A stretch of DNA of 63,356 bases, the filler included, from Lenisia limosa (taxonomy: Eukaryota; Protista; Breviatea), in NCBI GenBank assembly GCA_001655205.1. It is 19 parts of 19 records of this genome, joined end to end, with 100 filler letters (N's around TTAATTAATTAA, not from the genome) between each part and the next. Parts side by side here need not be neighbours in the genome. Positions count along the whole stretch, not along the records: positions 22,544 to 24,232 come from LPNZ01006948.1; positions 24,333 to 27,728 come from LPNZ01007061.1; positions 27,829 to 32,280 come from LPNZ01002426.1; positions 32,381 to 35,525 come from LPNZ01002952.1; 15 more parts are not named here. One strand, given 5' to 3'. Numbering within the stretch: the first letter of the stretch is position 1; every line of letters begins with the position of its first letter. The translations under genes were made by a program, and so were the position numbers. Positions 22,595 to 32,721 of the stretch are shown here, in pieces. Below the pieces are notes generated by a model. It had not been told where the DNA came from. It saw only the letters and a program-made list of their open reading frames with translations, and did no database searches.

Positions 22595-24104
22595 GCCCTG
22601 TATCTGGTTGAGACTTGTCACGGACTACTGACCAGGTTGAGTGTGCCTATAAGCGCCTTCAAGGCCTTCCTACATAAAATTGAGGTTTGCACCCCCATGA
22701 TCTAACATATATTGATGTTTGTACCTCATATTCCAACATACATATATTGACCATGTTCCTAATAGAATTCGAGGTGTGTAGTACCCCCCCCCCTCCAGCG
22801 TGTATAACAACCTCACTCCTCACCACCCAGNNNNNNNNNNNNNNNNNNNNNNNNNNNNNNNNNNNNNNNNNNNNNNNNNNNNNNNNNNNNNNNNNNNNNN
22901 NNNNNNNNNNNNNNNNNNNNNNNNNNNNNNNNTCCATGCTGCTGATGTGCTATGGAAGGTTAACTTCTTCCTGACGAAAACCCCGAAGGTGAGAGGAAAC
23001 GATATTTGATATATAGTTTGTATTTTTGAAAGTTAGTTAAGATAATGATCATATTTCTTAATGAACTATACAGTGACTGGGATTCCTTGGGAAATCACAT
23101 AACAAATCGGTCAAGACTTACCCCGGTCTCTGTATATCATATAGCTATATCATATGTATTATACAGACTGGGTGACATTTTGTGAAGAATCAACCTCTTT
23201 GTTATTAGTTTTTGAAATCCTTTCTCATCATGTAGATTTTGTCACTTATCTCTGAACTTGATCGTGAGAGGGAGGGGGTAGACCTGTGTCCTTTTAGCTT
23301 GAATGTCACGCAAAACAACCCATTCATTTTCAGGCATGAAGCGGTCGAGACTTATCCCAGCCACTATATATCATTGTTAAAAACTCTATTATGATATACT
23401 GTGAGGCGATGCTTCGTTGATTTGATAATACTACAGTTAGGGCTCTCCTTCGGTCCCAAAAAGACTTAATTTCTCTATAAATCTTCGATAAATATCGATA
23501 TTTAACCCAGTCTTTTTCGGACCGAAATATCGATAGTTTTCGAGGATTTATCGAGAGATTCAGTCTTTTTTCGAACCGAAGTGAAGCCCTACCTGTGACC
23601 TTGATAAGTCAACACTGATGTTTTCGAAGGGAAGATATAGTTTGTCGGTACACCCCCCCNNNNNNNNNNNNNNNNNNNNNNNNNNNNNNNNNNNNNNNNN
23701 NNNNNNNNNNNNNNNNNNNNNNNNNNNNNNNNNNNNNNNNNNTTGTATGTAATATGCATGTATGTACAGTATATGTACGGCTTCACTTCGGTTCGAAAAA
23801 GTCTCGATAAAACCTCGAAACCTATCGATATTTTTCCGAGTTTTTTCGAACCGAAGTGAAGCCGTATGTGTTATGTGTACTATATGTATATGTAGCCGTA
23901 GTGCCGACATCACCTTTCAGTGTTTTCTTGTCTGCTCGCTGCTATTTGTCATGACGTTGATCATCCGGGTGAGGGGATTACCATCTTAAATAGTGAATGG
24001 TCACTGAGTATATCTTTTCGCTCTTTATGACGTATTACTGGTCTGTCCTCTCTGACCCCCAGGATGCAATAATGACTTTCTCGTGAGGACACGGGCAAAT
24101 CTAG
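22595..24104 (+). CDS. 3',5'-cyclic nucleotide phosphodiesterase (class I, HD domain), partial
   Basis: Exons ...PISAFKAFLHKIE, HAADVLWKVNFFL, CLLAAICHDVDHPG and CNNDFLVRTRANLA carry the class I PDE signature motifs. Confidence 0.92.
23438..23591. mobile_element. Composite or recombinant MITE A (one left end, two right-half segments)
   Basis: The internal TIR-half ...TTTTTCGGACCGAAA is followed by a second right half ending GTGAAGCCCTA; no matching TSD. Confidence 0.75.
23776..23866. mobile_element. MITE family A variant with TACGGC...GCCGTA termini
   Basis: Both TIRs carry the same G>C change relative to TAGGGC...GCCCTA. Confidence 0.85.
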
Positions 24105-24346
24105 GTATGAAACGGCATTTTATGATAGAAAAAAGACATTGAAGAAATTAAATAAATTAAATACTATATTAGAAAATCTCAAGGGAGTAGGGCATGATTG
24201 AATGACCACTCTCACCCCCAGCATTACTATATNNNNNNNNNNNNNNNNNNNNNNNNNNNNNNNNNNNNNNNNNNNNTTAATTAATTAANNNNNNNNNNNN
24301 NNNNNNNNNNNNNNNNNNNNNNNNNNNNNNNNCCCCCACCCCCCAG

Positions 24347-27300
24347 GTTGTCCCCCCTGCAGTGGTCAGAGGCCCCCCTGTGCCTCATCGCCAACCATCC
24401 GAGGCAAAATCCTCCATTGAAGTTCGAGAGGGTATTGTTCTTCATGACATATCCTTGTTTCAAACAACATTTACCTTTTTTTGTTTCATAAATTCACCAA
24501 TCCCCCTCCCCCCACTTTTAACCGTCATAGGTAGTGCGGCTGAACGCGGAAGACGCGCCACCATCATTTGCGAGGCTCATTCCAAAGGTGCCTGTTGGAA
24601 GCAGAATGTACAAAGGTGGGGGGATGGAGAAGAAGAGTATACACTTCACTTTGATAATTTATATCAATGTAATGGGTTCTTCGCCACGTAGAACACTATT
24701 AAGACTCAAATATTCGACGACTTTTCTTCCTAAATCCCCTAAAATCAGTTCAATTAGCCTCCTAACACCTTTTTTCGTCGTCTAACCGAAATTTCGGTTC
24801 CAACATTTTCAACTCACTGCGGCAAGTGCCATGTATTTTGATTCTTAATAGACAAGAAGGANNNNNNNNNNNNNNNNNNNNNNNNNNNNNNNNNNNNNNN
24901 NNNNNNNNNNNNNNNNNNNNNNNNNNNNNNNNNNNNNNNNNNNNNNNNNNNNNNNNNNNNNNNNNNNNNNNNNNNNNNNNATTTAGTTCTCTATTTTTAC
25001 TGGCCTGGGCTCTTTGTTTTGTTGTTCTTAAATCTCGTATGTTTCTCTATAACAAAGTTGATTATGGGATTTTTGTTTACAATTTTTCATTTTTAATTCC
25101 CCCAGATTCCACACTTGTTCGCGCCCCAGTTCTCCCTACAGTGTCAGGAAGCCCCAGTCAAACAGCTCATAATCCCGAGGATGGTCCCGTCAAAGACCTT
25201 GACAGCGGCGTGACTGATGACGGACTGTTCTCAGATGCGTCAGAGGTTGAAGATGAAAGTGAAAACGAAAATGAAGACAATGAAACGGTTCCGCCTTTTA
25301 TTGAGGAAGTGTCCCCTTCAGATCTGGCCAAGTGGGACAGGGGGAGTGATGCCTGATGGGACGTGTATGGACGTTTGAAGGGAGCTTATTGAAGGGGGTT
25401 GTAATTGTGCCGTCATCATATTCTCACCTTTTGGTTTTGTTTTATATCATATGATATATTCATTTTCACCCAATTTTACTCCCCCCCCCCCATACTGGCC
25501 TGGCCTGGGTTTTGTTTTGTTGTTATCAATCCTCGTGTGTTATCAGCCAACAGAGTTGATTTGTTTTTTTTTGTTTCATAAATTTTCCAATTTCACCCCC
25601 TCACCTTAACAGGCCGCGTCTCTGTCCACTGGTAAAACGCACGAGAAACCTCAGACCGTCCCCTCTGCTACCCTCGGTTTCTAAACCTTTCCCCGAGGCC
25701 CTAAAAAAGACGGGTAAAGTTGGTGGGATGTATAGCATACAAGGAAGTAAGGAGATGTGCTGTAATTCTATACTTAGGGTTTCCCAACGGTCCAAAAGAG
25801 ACCGTTTAAATATCGATATTTATAAGGATTTATCGTAGAGATTCTGTCTTTTTTGGAACCGTAGGGAAGCCCAAACTATAATATATGATATAGTATCCTC
25901 CCAAGCAAAGAGGTCAATAGATAAACGTTCCTAATTTATTACAACAACAGAATGCCAACATGTGTTGCCATTCCCGTCGTTATTTACTAGGTCGCCCTTG
26001 TCGGATCAGCGAAGACCGCCACACCCTCCATCCTTGTCAACGCCACCCTGGCTCCTGGTGTGACGTCGCGACTTGATCAGGGGTCGCGGGATATTTTGAA
26101 GTTCAATCGCGACGCTGCACAGAAGGAGGTTTGTGGAAAATATGCAGAGGGGGTTTTTATATCAGAGTAGCTATTGCATAGTTCTTGGTTTTTAAAATAC
26201 GTTGACATATCCGGAGTATCATAGGAGGTCTTGCTTTAACTCCCCCCCCCCCACGAATAGCTTTATCCAGATCTCTTCTGGGGTTTGGGGTGTGGTGGTG
26301 AGGGTATCTTTTCTTAGTAAACCAAGCGTAATGTTTTTTTTTATCTCGGTTTTTGTTCCGAAACACTCTCTTTTTTCCTTTGTAATTAACAGCTCTCCAC
26401 CGCTTTCGAAGCAGTCACTAAGGATGGAAATCGCCAACTGCTGGTTTCCCTACACCGCTCGCGGGACCGTGCATCGTCTTTGGAGGTGGGGGTATCGGAA
26501 AGGGGGGTTGTTGTTATTGGAGGTGGGAGGGATATTTCCAAATTTTTTTTTTATAATATATCAAAATTTACATGAAATATTGATATTATTCACAGTGCTT
26601 ACCTTATTAGGAAACCACGCCGCCGAAGCTTTCACAGAAAACCATGAAAAGGTCATCTAGTTCAGTTCAGTTTGCAGATCCTGATTTTTGCCCCCCAATG
26701 ACAGCTGACATCAGAAGAGATCTCGATAAGTTTATTCGTGGGGGGGATAACTCACATTTTTTTAAAGCAAGACCTTTTTTGATACTCCGATATCGGGATG
26801 AACCCTCTGTGTAATCTCCGTTCACTGATTTCGACTAACAATTGGGGCTTCACTTTTTGTTCGAAAAAAGACTGAATTTCTCAATAAATCCTCGAAATCT
26901 ATCGATATTTTCCAGGTATTTTTGGAACCGAAGTGAAGCTCTACTAGCAAATCATTTCACAACTGAGTGGACATCTTAACATATTTTGAGTACCAAGAAC
27001 AAAGCAAAGTGCTACTCTTAATACATTTAGAATAGTAACAAAACCAGCGATATTTTGCCGATGTGTTTTTCATATCGTTGTCAAGCTCTAATAAACAAAA
27101 TAACACCATTCTGACAAATGTAGAATATGCCAAAAATAGCCTCATTATTGCGATTAAATTATTGAATAATCAAGTTGTTCAAAAATCGAAGAGAAAAAAA
27201 CACCCAAACTCAGGAAAAACCCCCCGATTTTTCAAATAATGTAATCGCGCCATTCTGACAGCTTTAGAATATGCCAAGAAGTACCCTCATTCGGATGAGT

Positions 27301-27569
27301 TTATCTACCTCAAAGTTGACCAGTCCGATGGCAGGCTTCCTTTGGCTGGTTGGGAGGGGGGGATGGGATAGTGTTATAGAGAAGGTTGGAGAGCTCCTGC
27401 TTTAAGACCACTTTCATTGACTGTTTTCTTTTATATTTGAGCGCTTTATTCCTCCCCATTTAACCGCGTTTTGCTCTAAAGGTAATATCCTTCATTTAAC
27501 CATTTTTTAGCTCTAAAGGCGATATCCTTCAAGGAAGTTGGAAGTTCGTATTATACGCTCTCACCTCAG
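24347..27569 (+). CDS. Hypothetical multi-exon protein, partial
   Basis: Phase-consistent 3' exons VALVGSAKTATPSIL...DAAQKE / LSTAFEAVTKDGNRQLL...SSLE / ETTPPK...DLDKFIR / QYAKKYPHSDEFIYLKVDQSDGRLPLA / GDILQGSWKFVLYALTS, plus an acidic exon at about 25105-25350. The 5' exon chain is uncertain. Confidence 0.6.
25775..25874. mobile_element. MITE family A, subfamily 2 (TIR TAGGG(C/T)TTCCC(T/A)ACGGT)
   Basis: 100 bp; TSD TCTATACT/ACTATAAT. The same terminus occurs at 38869-38955 and 44329. Confidence 0.8.
26843..26943. mobile_element. MITE family A copy
   Basis: TIRs; TSD CTAACAAT/CTAGCAAA. Confidence 0.85.
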
Positions 27570-27595
27570 GTATGTACGTGATGGTGGATTGTGGC

Positions 27596-27668
27596 TTTGA
27601 TGGTGATGCTGATGATGATAATAATGATGATGGTGATGATGATAATAATACTAATACTAATACTAATA

Positions 27669-27715
<47 letters not shown>

Positions 27716-27728
27716 GATGATGATGATG
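27596..27728. repeat. (GAT)n / (AAT,ACT)n microsatellite
   Basis: Direct trinucleotide run up to the scaffold end, starting just after a GTATGT donor. Confidence 0.95.
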
Positions 27729-27828
27729 NNNNNNNNNNNNNNNNNNNNNNNNNNNNNNNNNNNNNNNNNNNNTTAATTAATTAANNNNNNNNNNNNNNNN
27801 NNNNNNNNNNNNNNNNNNNNNNNNNNNN

Positions 27829-27945
27829 ATCTGGCCGAAGCCGTCCACACCATAAACAATGATAAAGTGATACCATCACATCACGTTGACCCAATCATTT
27901 GCTTAACATCTGAGCATACAGCTTTGTGCGTGCCTCCCCAGCATA
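27829..27945 (-). repeat. Repeat family B copy
   Basis: Reverse complement of (G)TATGCTGGGGAGGCACGCAGAAAGCTG...GCAAATGATTGGGT...GGTGTGGACGGCTTCGGCCAGAT. Confidence 0.8.
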
Positions 27946-28013
27946 TTCCAAGCACTTAATTTACAACCCTGTGCAATAGTAATTATGTCAACAAAATAAA
28001 AATACTATACGAT

Positions 28014-28113
28014 AAGGGCTTCACTTCACTTCGAAAAAAGACTGAATTTCTCGATAAATCCTCGAAAACTATCGATATTTTACCGGCCTTTTTCGAACCG
28101 AAGTGAAGCCCTA
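28014..28113. mobile_element. MITE family A, near-consensus copy
   Basis: 100 bp; TSD TATACGAT/TATACAAT. Confidence 0.92.
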
Positions 28114-28137
28114 TATACAATGAACAATTATGTATAC

Positions 28138-30710
28138 CTTCAACACCCCACTTCGCTACATCGTACTCCGCTAGAACCTAATAGAAGTCCGTACCCAAAT
28201 ATAATACATATGTTTCAGTTGTTTTGATGTATAGCATATTTTTAATGTTATCCGACAATTTGACTCCCCAGTACCCCAGTACAAAAGAATATTCATCCCT
28301 TTTCTAATTTTTAAATACACCGACTGGGATCAGTCTTGACCGATTTTCTTTATGATTTCCCACGGACAATTGGTCAAGACTTATCACGGTCACTATATTT
28401 ATATTGTATTGAAAAAAGCAAAAACAATCCCCAGAACCTTAAACAAGTTGTTAGCAGCCCCCTTTTCGCGGATCTCCTCGACCATCTGATTGATAACTCG
28501 TCCTTTCGCGCTACACTGGCCAAGAACACTGAAAATATCGACCTAATACTGTGTGAATCTAAGATCAAACCAGAGCTTCACTTCCGGTTCCTAAAACGGG
28601 GATATAATGTAGGTATTTATCGGGGAGTTATCGAGTTGTTACAACGTATAAGTAAGCTTTCACTTCGGTTCGGGAAAATATCGATAGTTTTCGGATTTAC
28701 CAAGAAATTCAGCCTATTTTCGAACCGAAGTGAAGCCCTAGTTACAACGTATAAGGGCCAAACAAAGGAAGTAGCACCCCTCCCTCCCAACAAAGTTAAA
28801 GTAGTGCTCAGCGATCATGGAGGTAGGAGAGTAACTCTTCATGAACTGTTTACCAGCAGTATTCATCTTCCTGGAATATCAATAGATTTTCCTTGAATAC
28901 TATTAAGAATAGTATAAAGACTCCGCGTTAAGTAAATTATCGATGGAATCGAGAAAAAAAAACAGAAAATATAGCTCATACGTCTTTTGGAACATAAAGT
29001 GACTCCAGCATATAAAACACACAAAAAAAAATTTTTAAAAAAAAATTAAGTGTACTCAGAAGGACCACAAAAAACACCCCAATTACTTCAGCATATCCAT
29101 GATGAACGAGAAGTGCTGAAACATGGTATTGTAATGGAGCTGAGTAGCCTTGGGCTTTTTGGAGTTTAGCGACTTCTTTATGGGATCCACGAAGAGCTGG
29201 AATGATGAGTCACAGAGCGGAATTAATTGCAAAAAGAGAAACATAAGAGGTCAACTACCGATTAGTTCAGAAGAATAACCAAACTTTTTGGTTCTACAAA
29301 GATATCCAAAACCATAGCAAAACTAACCTTGATACATTGCTTTGAGTCTTTGATGAAACATTCCTCCTTCATCTACACGATTAATAAATATGTTCTTCTC
29401 AACATGTTATCACTCCTCACCCCTCCATCTACATGTTGTTGATGTACATATGATATATGATATAATTACATGTACACATGTAAATAAAAAATAAGGTTGT
29501 ATCAGGACGAAACCGTATACACCATGACATACATTTATTCCTCCAATCATATCATCACTTCAAATTGCTGCATCACCGCCAGCCCCCCCCCCCCCNNNNN
29601 NNNNNNNNNNNNNNNNNNNNNNNNNNNNNNNNNNNNNNNNNNNNNNNNNNNNNNNNNNNNNNNNNNNNNNNNNNNNNNNNNNNNNNNNNNNNNNNNNNNN
29701 GGTTCTAAACACATTTGCAAAGATTGTTCAAATCAAGCATATTTATTAAGTTTCATACAATAAATTGGGCAATTAATTGTTTCATTCAAATTTCTCAACC
29801 AATTTATTCAAACAATTAATTGAATGAAAATCGGATCGCCCCAATGTACAAATCCTTGATTGATTCTTCAGAAATGAAATTTGTATCTGAAATATCTGGA
29901 ATATTGATAACATGACAAGACTTAACCACGGTCACTCTAGTTCAACATTGTTGAATCAGCGAATAAGCATGCCATAAAAAAATAAGTTGGGAGGGAGGTG
30001 ACCGTGGTGAGTCTCGTTATATTGTTCCAGGGCGGGATTACATCGTGATACAGTATGATAATTTGCATATCATATATTTATTCCTTGTATTTTTTTTCCT
30101 GGGAGTGGTTTTCTGATTATTTTACAGGAGATTTCTGGCCGGAAAACACTCGTTCGCTTCGCAAACTCGTGTTTTCCTCAACAAAAAACTCCGAGTAACA
30201 AAAGGAAGACAACCACGAGTAAAAAAATAAGCAGGGAATTCGACTGAAAAACACTTAAGTCGGGATTGCCCCAAGTTTTCCTGAAATAATACAGTATTCC
30301 GAGATTTCTACGGCCATCATAGAGAAAGATGAGAAATACATGACGGTTGTAGGAGTATTAGTGGTAAATATAAGGGCGTACTCTGCTGTAATCCGCCTTT
30401 CAGTGTGGTCCGTTGGTGAACACCAATCAGTTGAAGGAATTCGGGGAACCGACCCATCACCCTGCCTACGGAGCTTCTTGAGCTGATGAATGGCAAGAAA
30501 GCAGCGCATAACAGACTAAAGGATGTTAAATAAGGCAAGATTTCTAGGAATGTCGAACATTGCACAACCTCTTACCTGAAGACGGACAACCGCTGGTTCA
30601 TCCTCTTCGTCCATCATCTGAATACGTTAGTTAATCTAATAGCGCGGGGGCTATAGTCGTGGCCTGCTTACAATCATCATTTTTTTGGTTCTACGGTTAA
30701 AGACGGCCAT
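28138..30710 (-). CDS. IQ-motif protein with a probable RhoGEF (DH) domain, 5' part
   Basis: ATG at 30710. EPAVVRLQSVMRCFLAIHQLKKLRR is an IQ motif. Exons 29372-29328, 29196-29087, 28870-28792 and 28177-28138 give MKEECFIKDSKQCIKLFVDPIKKSL..., resembling the DH helix 1 pattern TE..YV.DL...F..PL. Confidence 0.55.
28318..28395. mobile_element. MITE family D copy (Tc1/mariner-like)
   Basis: Palindromic element CA(G/C)TGAC..GGATAAGTCTTGACCGATT...AATTGGTCAAGACTTATC..GTCACT with TA flanks. Confidence 0.75.
28653..28740. mobile_element. MITE family A copy flanked by a 15-bp direct repeat
   Basis: GTTACAACGTATAAG at 28638-28652 and 28741-28755. Confidence 0.85.
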
Positions 30711-31012
30711 TTTGGCGAAACTATCCGTAGATTCGGATTGTCGAACCCAATTGTTTTCAAACAGATCAAAAAAAGAGCTATCTGAAATTTTCTTCTTACA
30801 TAGGGATTAAGTTCGAGTATTGACTGACTAATAAAACTGCTGTTTTCGCTCTTTTTTGTGTCTCTGGCATTGTAGTAGCGTATATTAGTTGATATAAGTG
30901 GTTTTAGTGATATAGTTTATCAGATACACCCTTCCCCTAAAAGACGTTGATCGTATAAGGGCGTTTTAGCGGGACTAGAGTAGCGCATTAAAGATTTATA
31001 GATTGGGAAAAG
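30711..31012. promoter_or_regulatory. Putative bidirectional promoter region
   Basis: About 300 bp, repeat-free, between divergent ATGs at 30710 (-) and 31013 (+). Confidence 0.5.
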
Positions 31013-32256
31013 ATGATTTCTCAGTTCTTCTGTCTCTCAACTCGCGGAGACAAGATCTTGCAAAGAACTTGTAAGCCAGTACTTCTGACGCTCCATCTTA
31101 CTCGCCATTTGTAGTTAGAGAAGATTGTACAGCTAGTGCCTCGGACGTCTTCTTCCAGAAGGTTCAATACTCCGGAAACCAACATGAACCTGTCTTTGTT
31201 TGTGGGGTCACCATTTTCATCATGCTATGAAGCTTCTCAGTGCTTTAGCACTATAGTTCTATGATTTAATAATATAATGGCATAAAGGAGAGAGGAAACG
31301 GGCAAATATTGGTCTTGTAGTTTGATCTACGCATCACCATTTTGATATTTAAAAAGTGCTACTTTGCTGAATGTTGCAAATGTTTGAAGTAATGAAAGAG
31401 AGTGAATTGGTTTACTGAGCTATGGTGTGCTGTATAAGATGATCCCAGTCAGAGATTTTTTTTTGAGAGAAAAAGTGTATAATAGGGTTTTTTTTTAAAA
31501 AAATAACAACTTTCTTTCAAGTACTTTCCCCATCACAATCCAGCATCACATGGGGCTGAACTTCGCCTTTATTGTCCGTTCGTCGCTGTTTTTCGGCGTG
31601 GTAACTCCCTCAAATGACTCGCCCTTTAAGCTGCTCAAAGTTCTTGAGAGACTCACACAGGTCAGTGGGGAGACACGCAGAAAGCTGAGTTATTAGGCAA
31701 ATGATTGGGTGAATTAATATTATACTATAATCCAATACCTTGTATAAGCGTGATGGTGTGGACGGTTTTGGCCAAATACAAGCTTATTTTTTATTTCTCA
31801 TTGCTGTATATTTTAAGGAAGCGGTTTGGCTGAGAGCTTCAATTCGGTCTTCGGAGACTACTTATTCATGATATCATCATCGTTATATTTATTTAAGTTT
31901 GTCGATAATTGTACTGTTTTTGGTATTTACATAGATCATTGAAACTCGATTCAAACTAGGATCAGCTTCATTAAGAAATCCATTTTCAGACTCATGCATG
32001 ATATGATAACCAACATCTCAGCTCTTCCAGGACTACTTACTAACATTACTTTTTATTTCTCATTGCTCTCTACATATAATGATAACCAGACTATTTACTC
32101 ATGCATGATATGATAACCAGCATCTCAGCTCTTCCAGGACCACTTTACTCATGATAATCACCATTTCAGCTCTTCCGTGACTACTGTGGAGTGCTCAGTG
32201 AGGACGCTCTACGGTCGAACTTCATTCTGTGCTACGAGATCCTTGATGAGTGCATT
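31013..32256 (+). CDS. AP4M1: AP-4 complex subunit mu, N-terminal longin domain; exons 31013-31070, 31115-31197, 31544-31660, 32170-32256
   Basis: MISQFFCLSTRGDKILQRTFREDC...DVFFQKVQ...LLKVLERLTQLFRDYCGVLSEDALRSNFILCYEILDECI matches AP-4 mu (MISQFFVLSQRGD...KDYLGVLNEDSFRKNFVLVYELLDEVI). Confidence 0.92.
31666..31808 (+). repeat. Repeat family B, near-complete copy starting 5 nt after a donor
   Basis: TGGGGAGACACGCAGAAAGCTGAG..TTAGGCAAATGATTGGGTGAATTAATATTATACTATAATCCAATA...AAGCGTGATGGTGTGGACGG...TTTTTTATTTCTCATTGC. Fragments recur in most scaffolds. Confidence 0.9.
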
Positions 32257-32380
32257 GTGAGCTGCGCGGGGGGGGGGGGGNNNNNNNNNNNNNNNNNNNN
32301 NNNNNNNNNNNNNNNNNNNNNNNNTTAATTAATTAANNNNNNNNNNNNNNNNNNNNNNNNNNNNNNNNNNNNNNNNNNNN

Positions 32381-32518
32381 ATTACAGCTACCTACTACAG
32401 CTACCACAGACCTATTACAGCTATCACAGACCTATTACAGCTACCTACTACAGCTACCACAGACCTATTACAGCTATCACAGACCTATTACAGAACTATC
32501 ATAGACCTATTACAGATC
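32381..32518. repeat. Minisatellite, about 20-bp unit ACAGACCTATTACAGCTA(T/C)C
   Basis: Direct tandem array at the scaffold start. Confidence 0.9.
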
Positions 32519-32721
32519 AGCATAGTTCCCAGATACAAACACACACTCCCTTAACCCTAGATTAACCTACACAGAGAGAGCAATAAGTAGAATACCCCCC
32601 CTCTATTATAAAGTATTCACCACATAAACCCCCCGTCCCCCTACAGAGTTGATGTTTTTTTTGTTTCATAATTTGCACCCCTATCCCACAGAGATCAAAA
32701 TGGTACCCATAAAGTCCCTAC

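Noticed and set aside
27572-27784. Poly-Asp / poly-Met ORFs
   Set aside because: Translation of an intronic (GAT)n microsatellite that runs into the linker.
28336-28896. 186-aa ORF
   Set aside because: Made of MITE D, two MITE A copies and the antisense of a real exon; a chance open frame.
32381-32518. CRISPR-like array
   Set aside because: Contiguous degenerate units without unique spacers, in a eukaryotic intron, with no cas genes.
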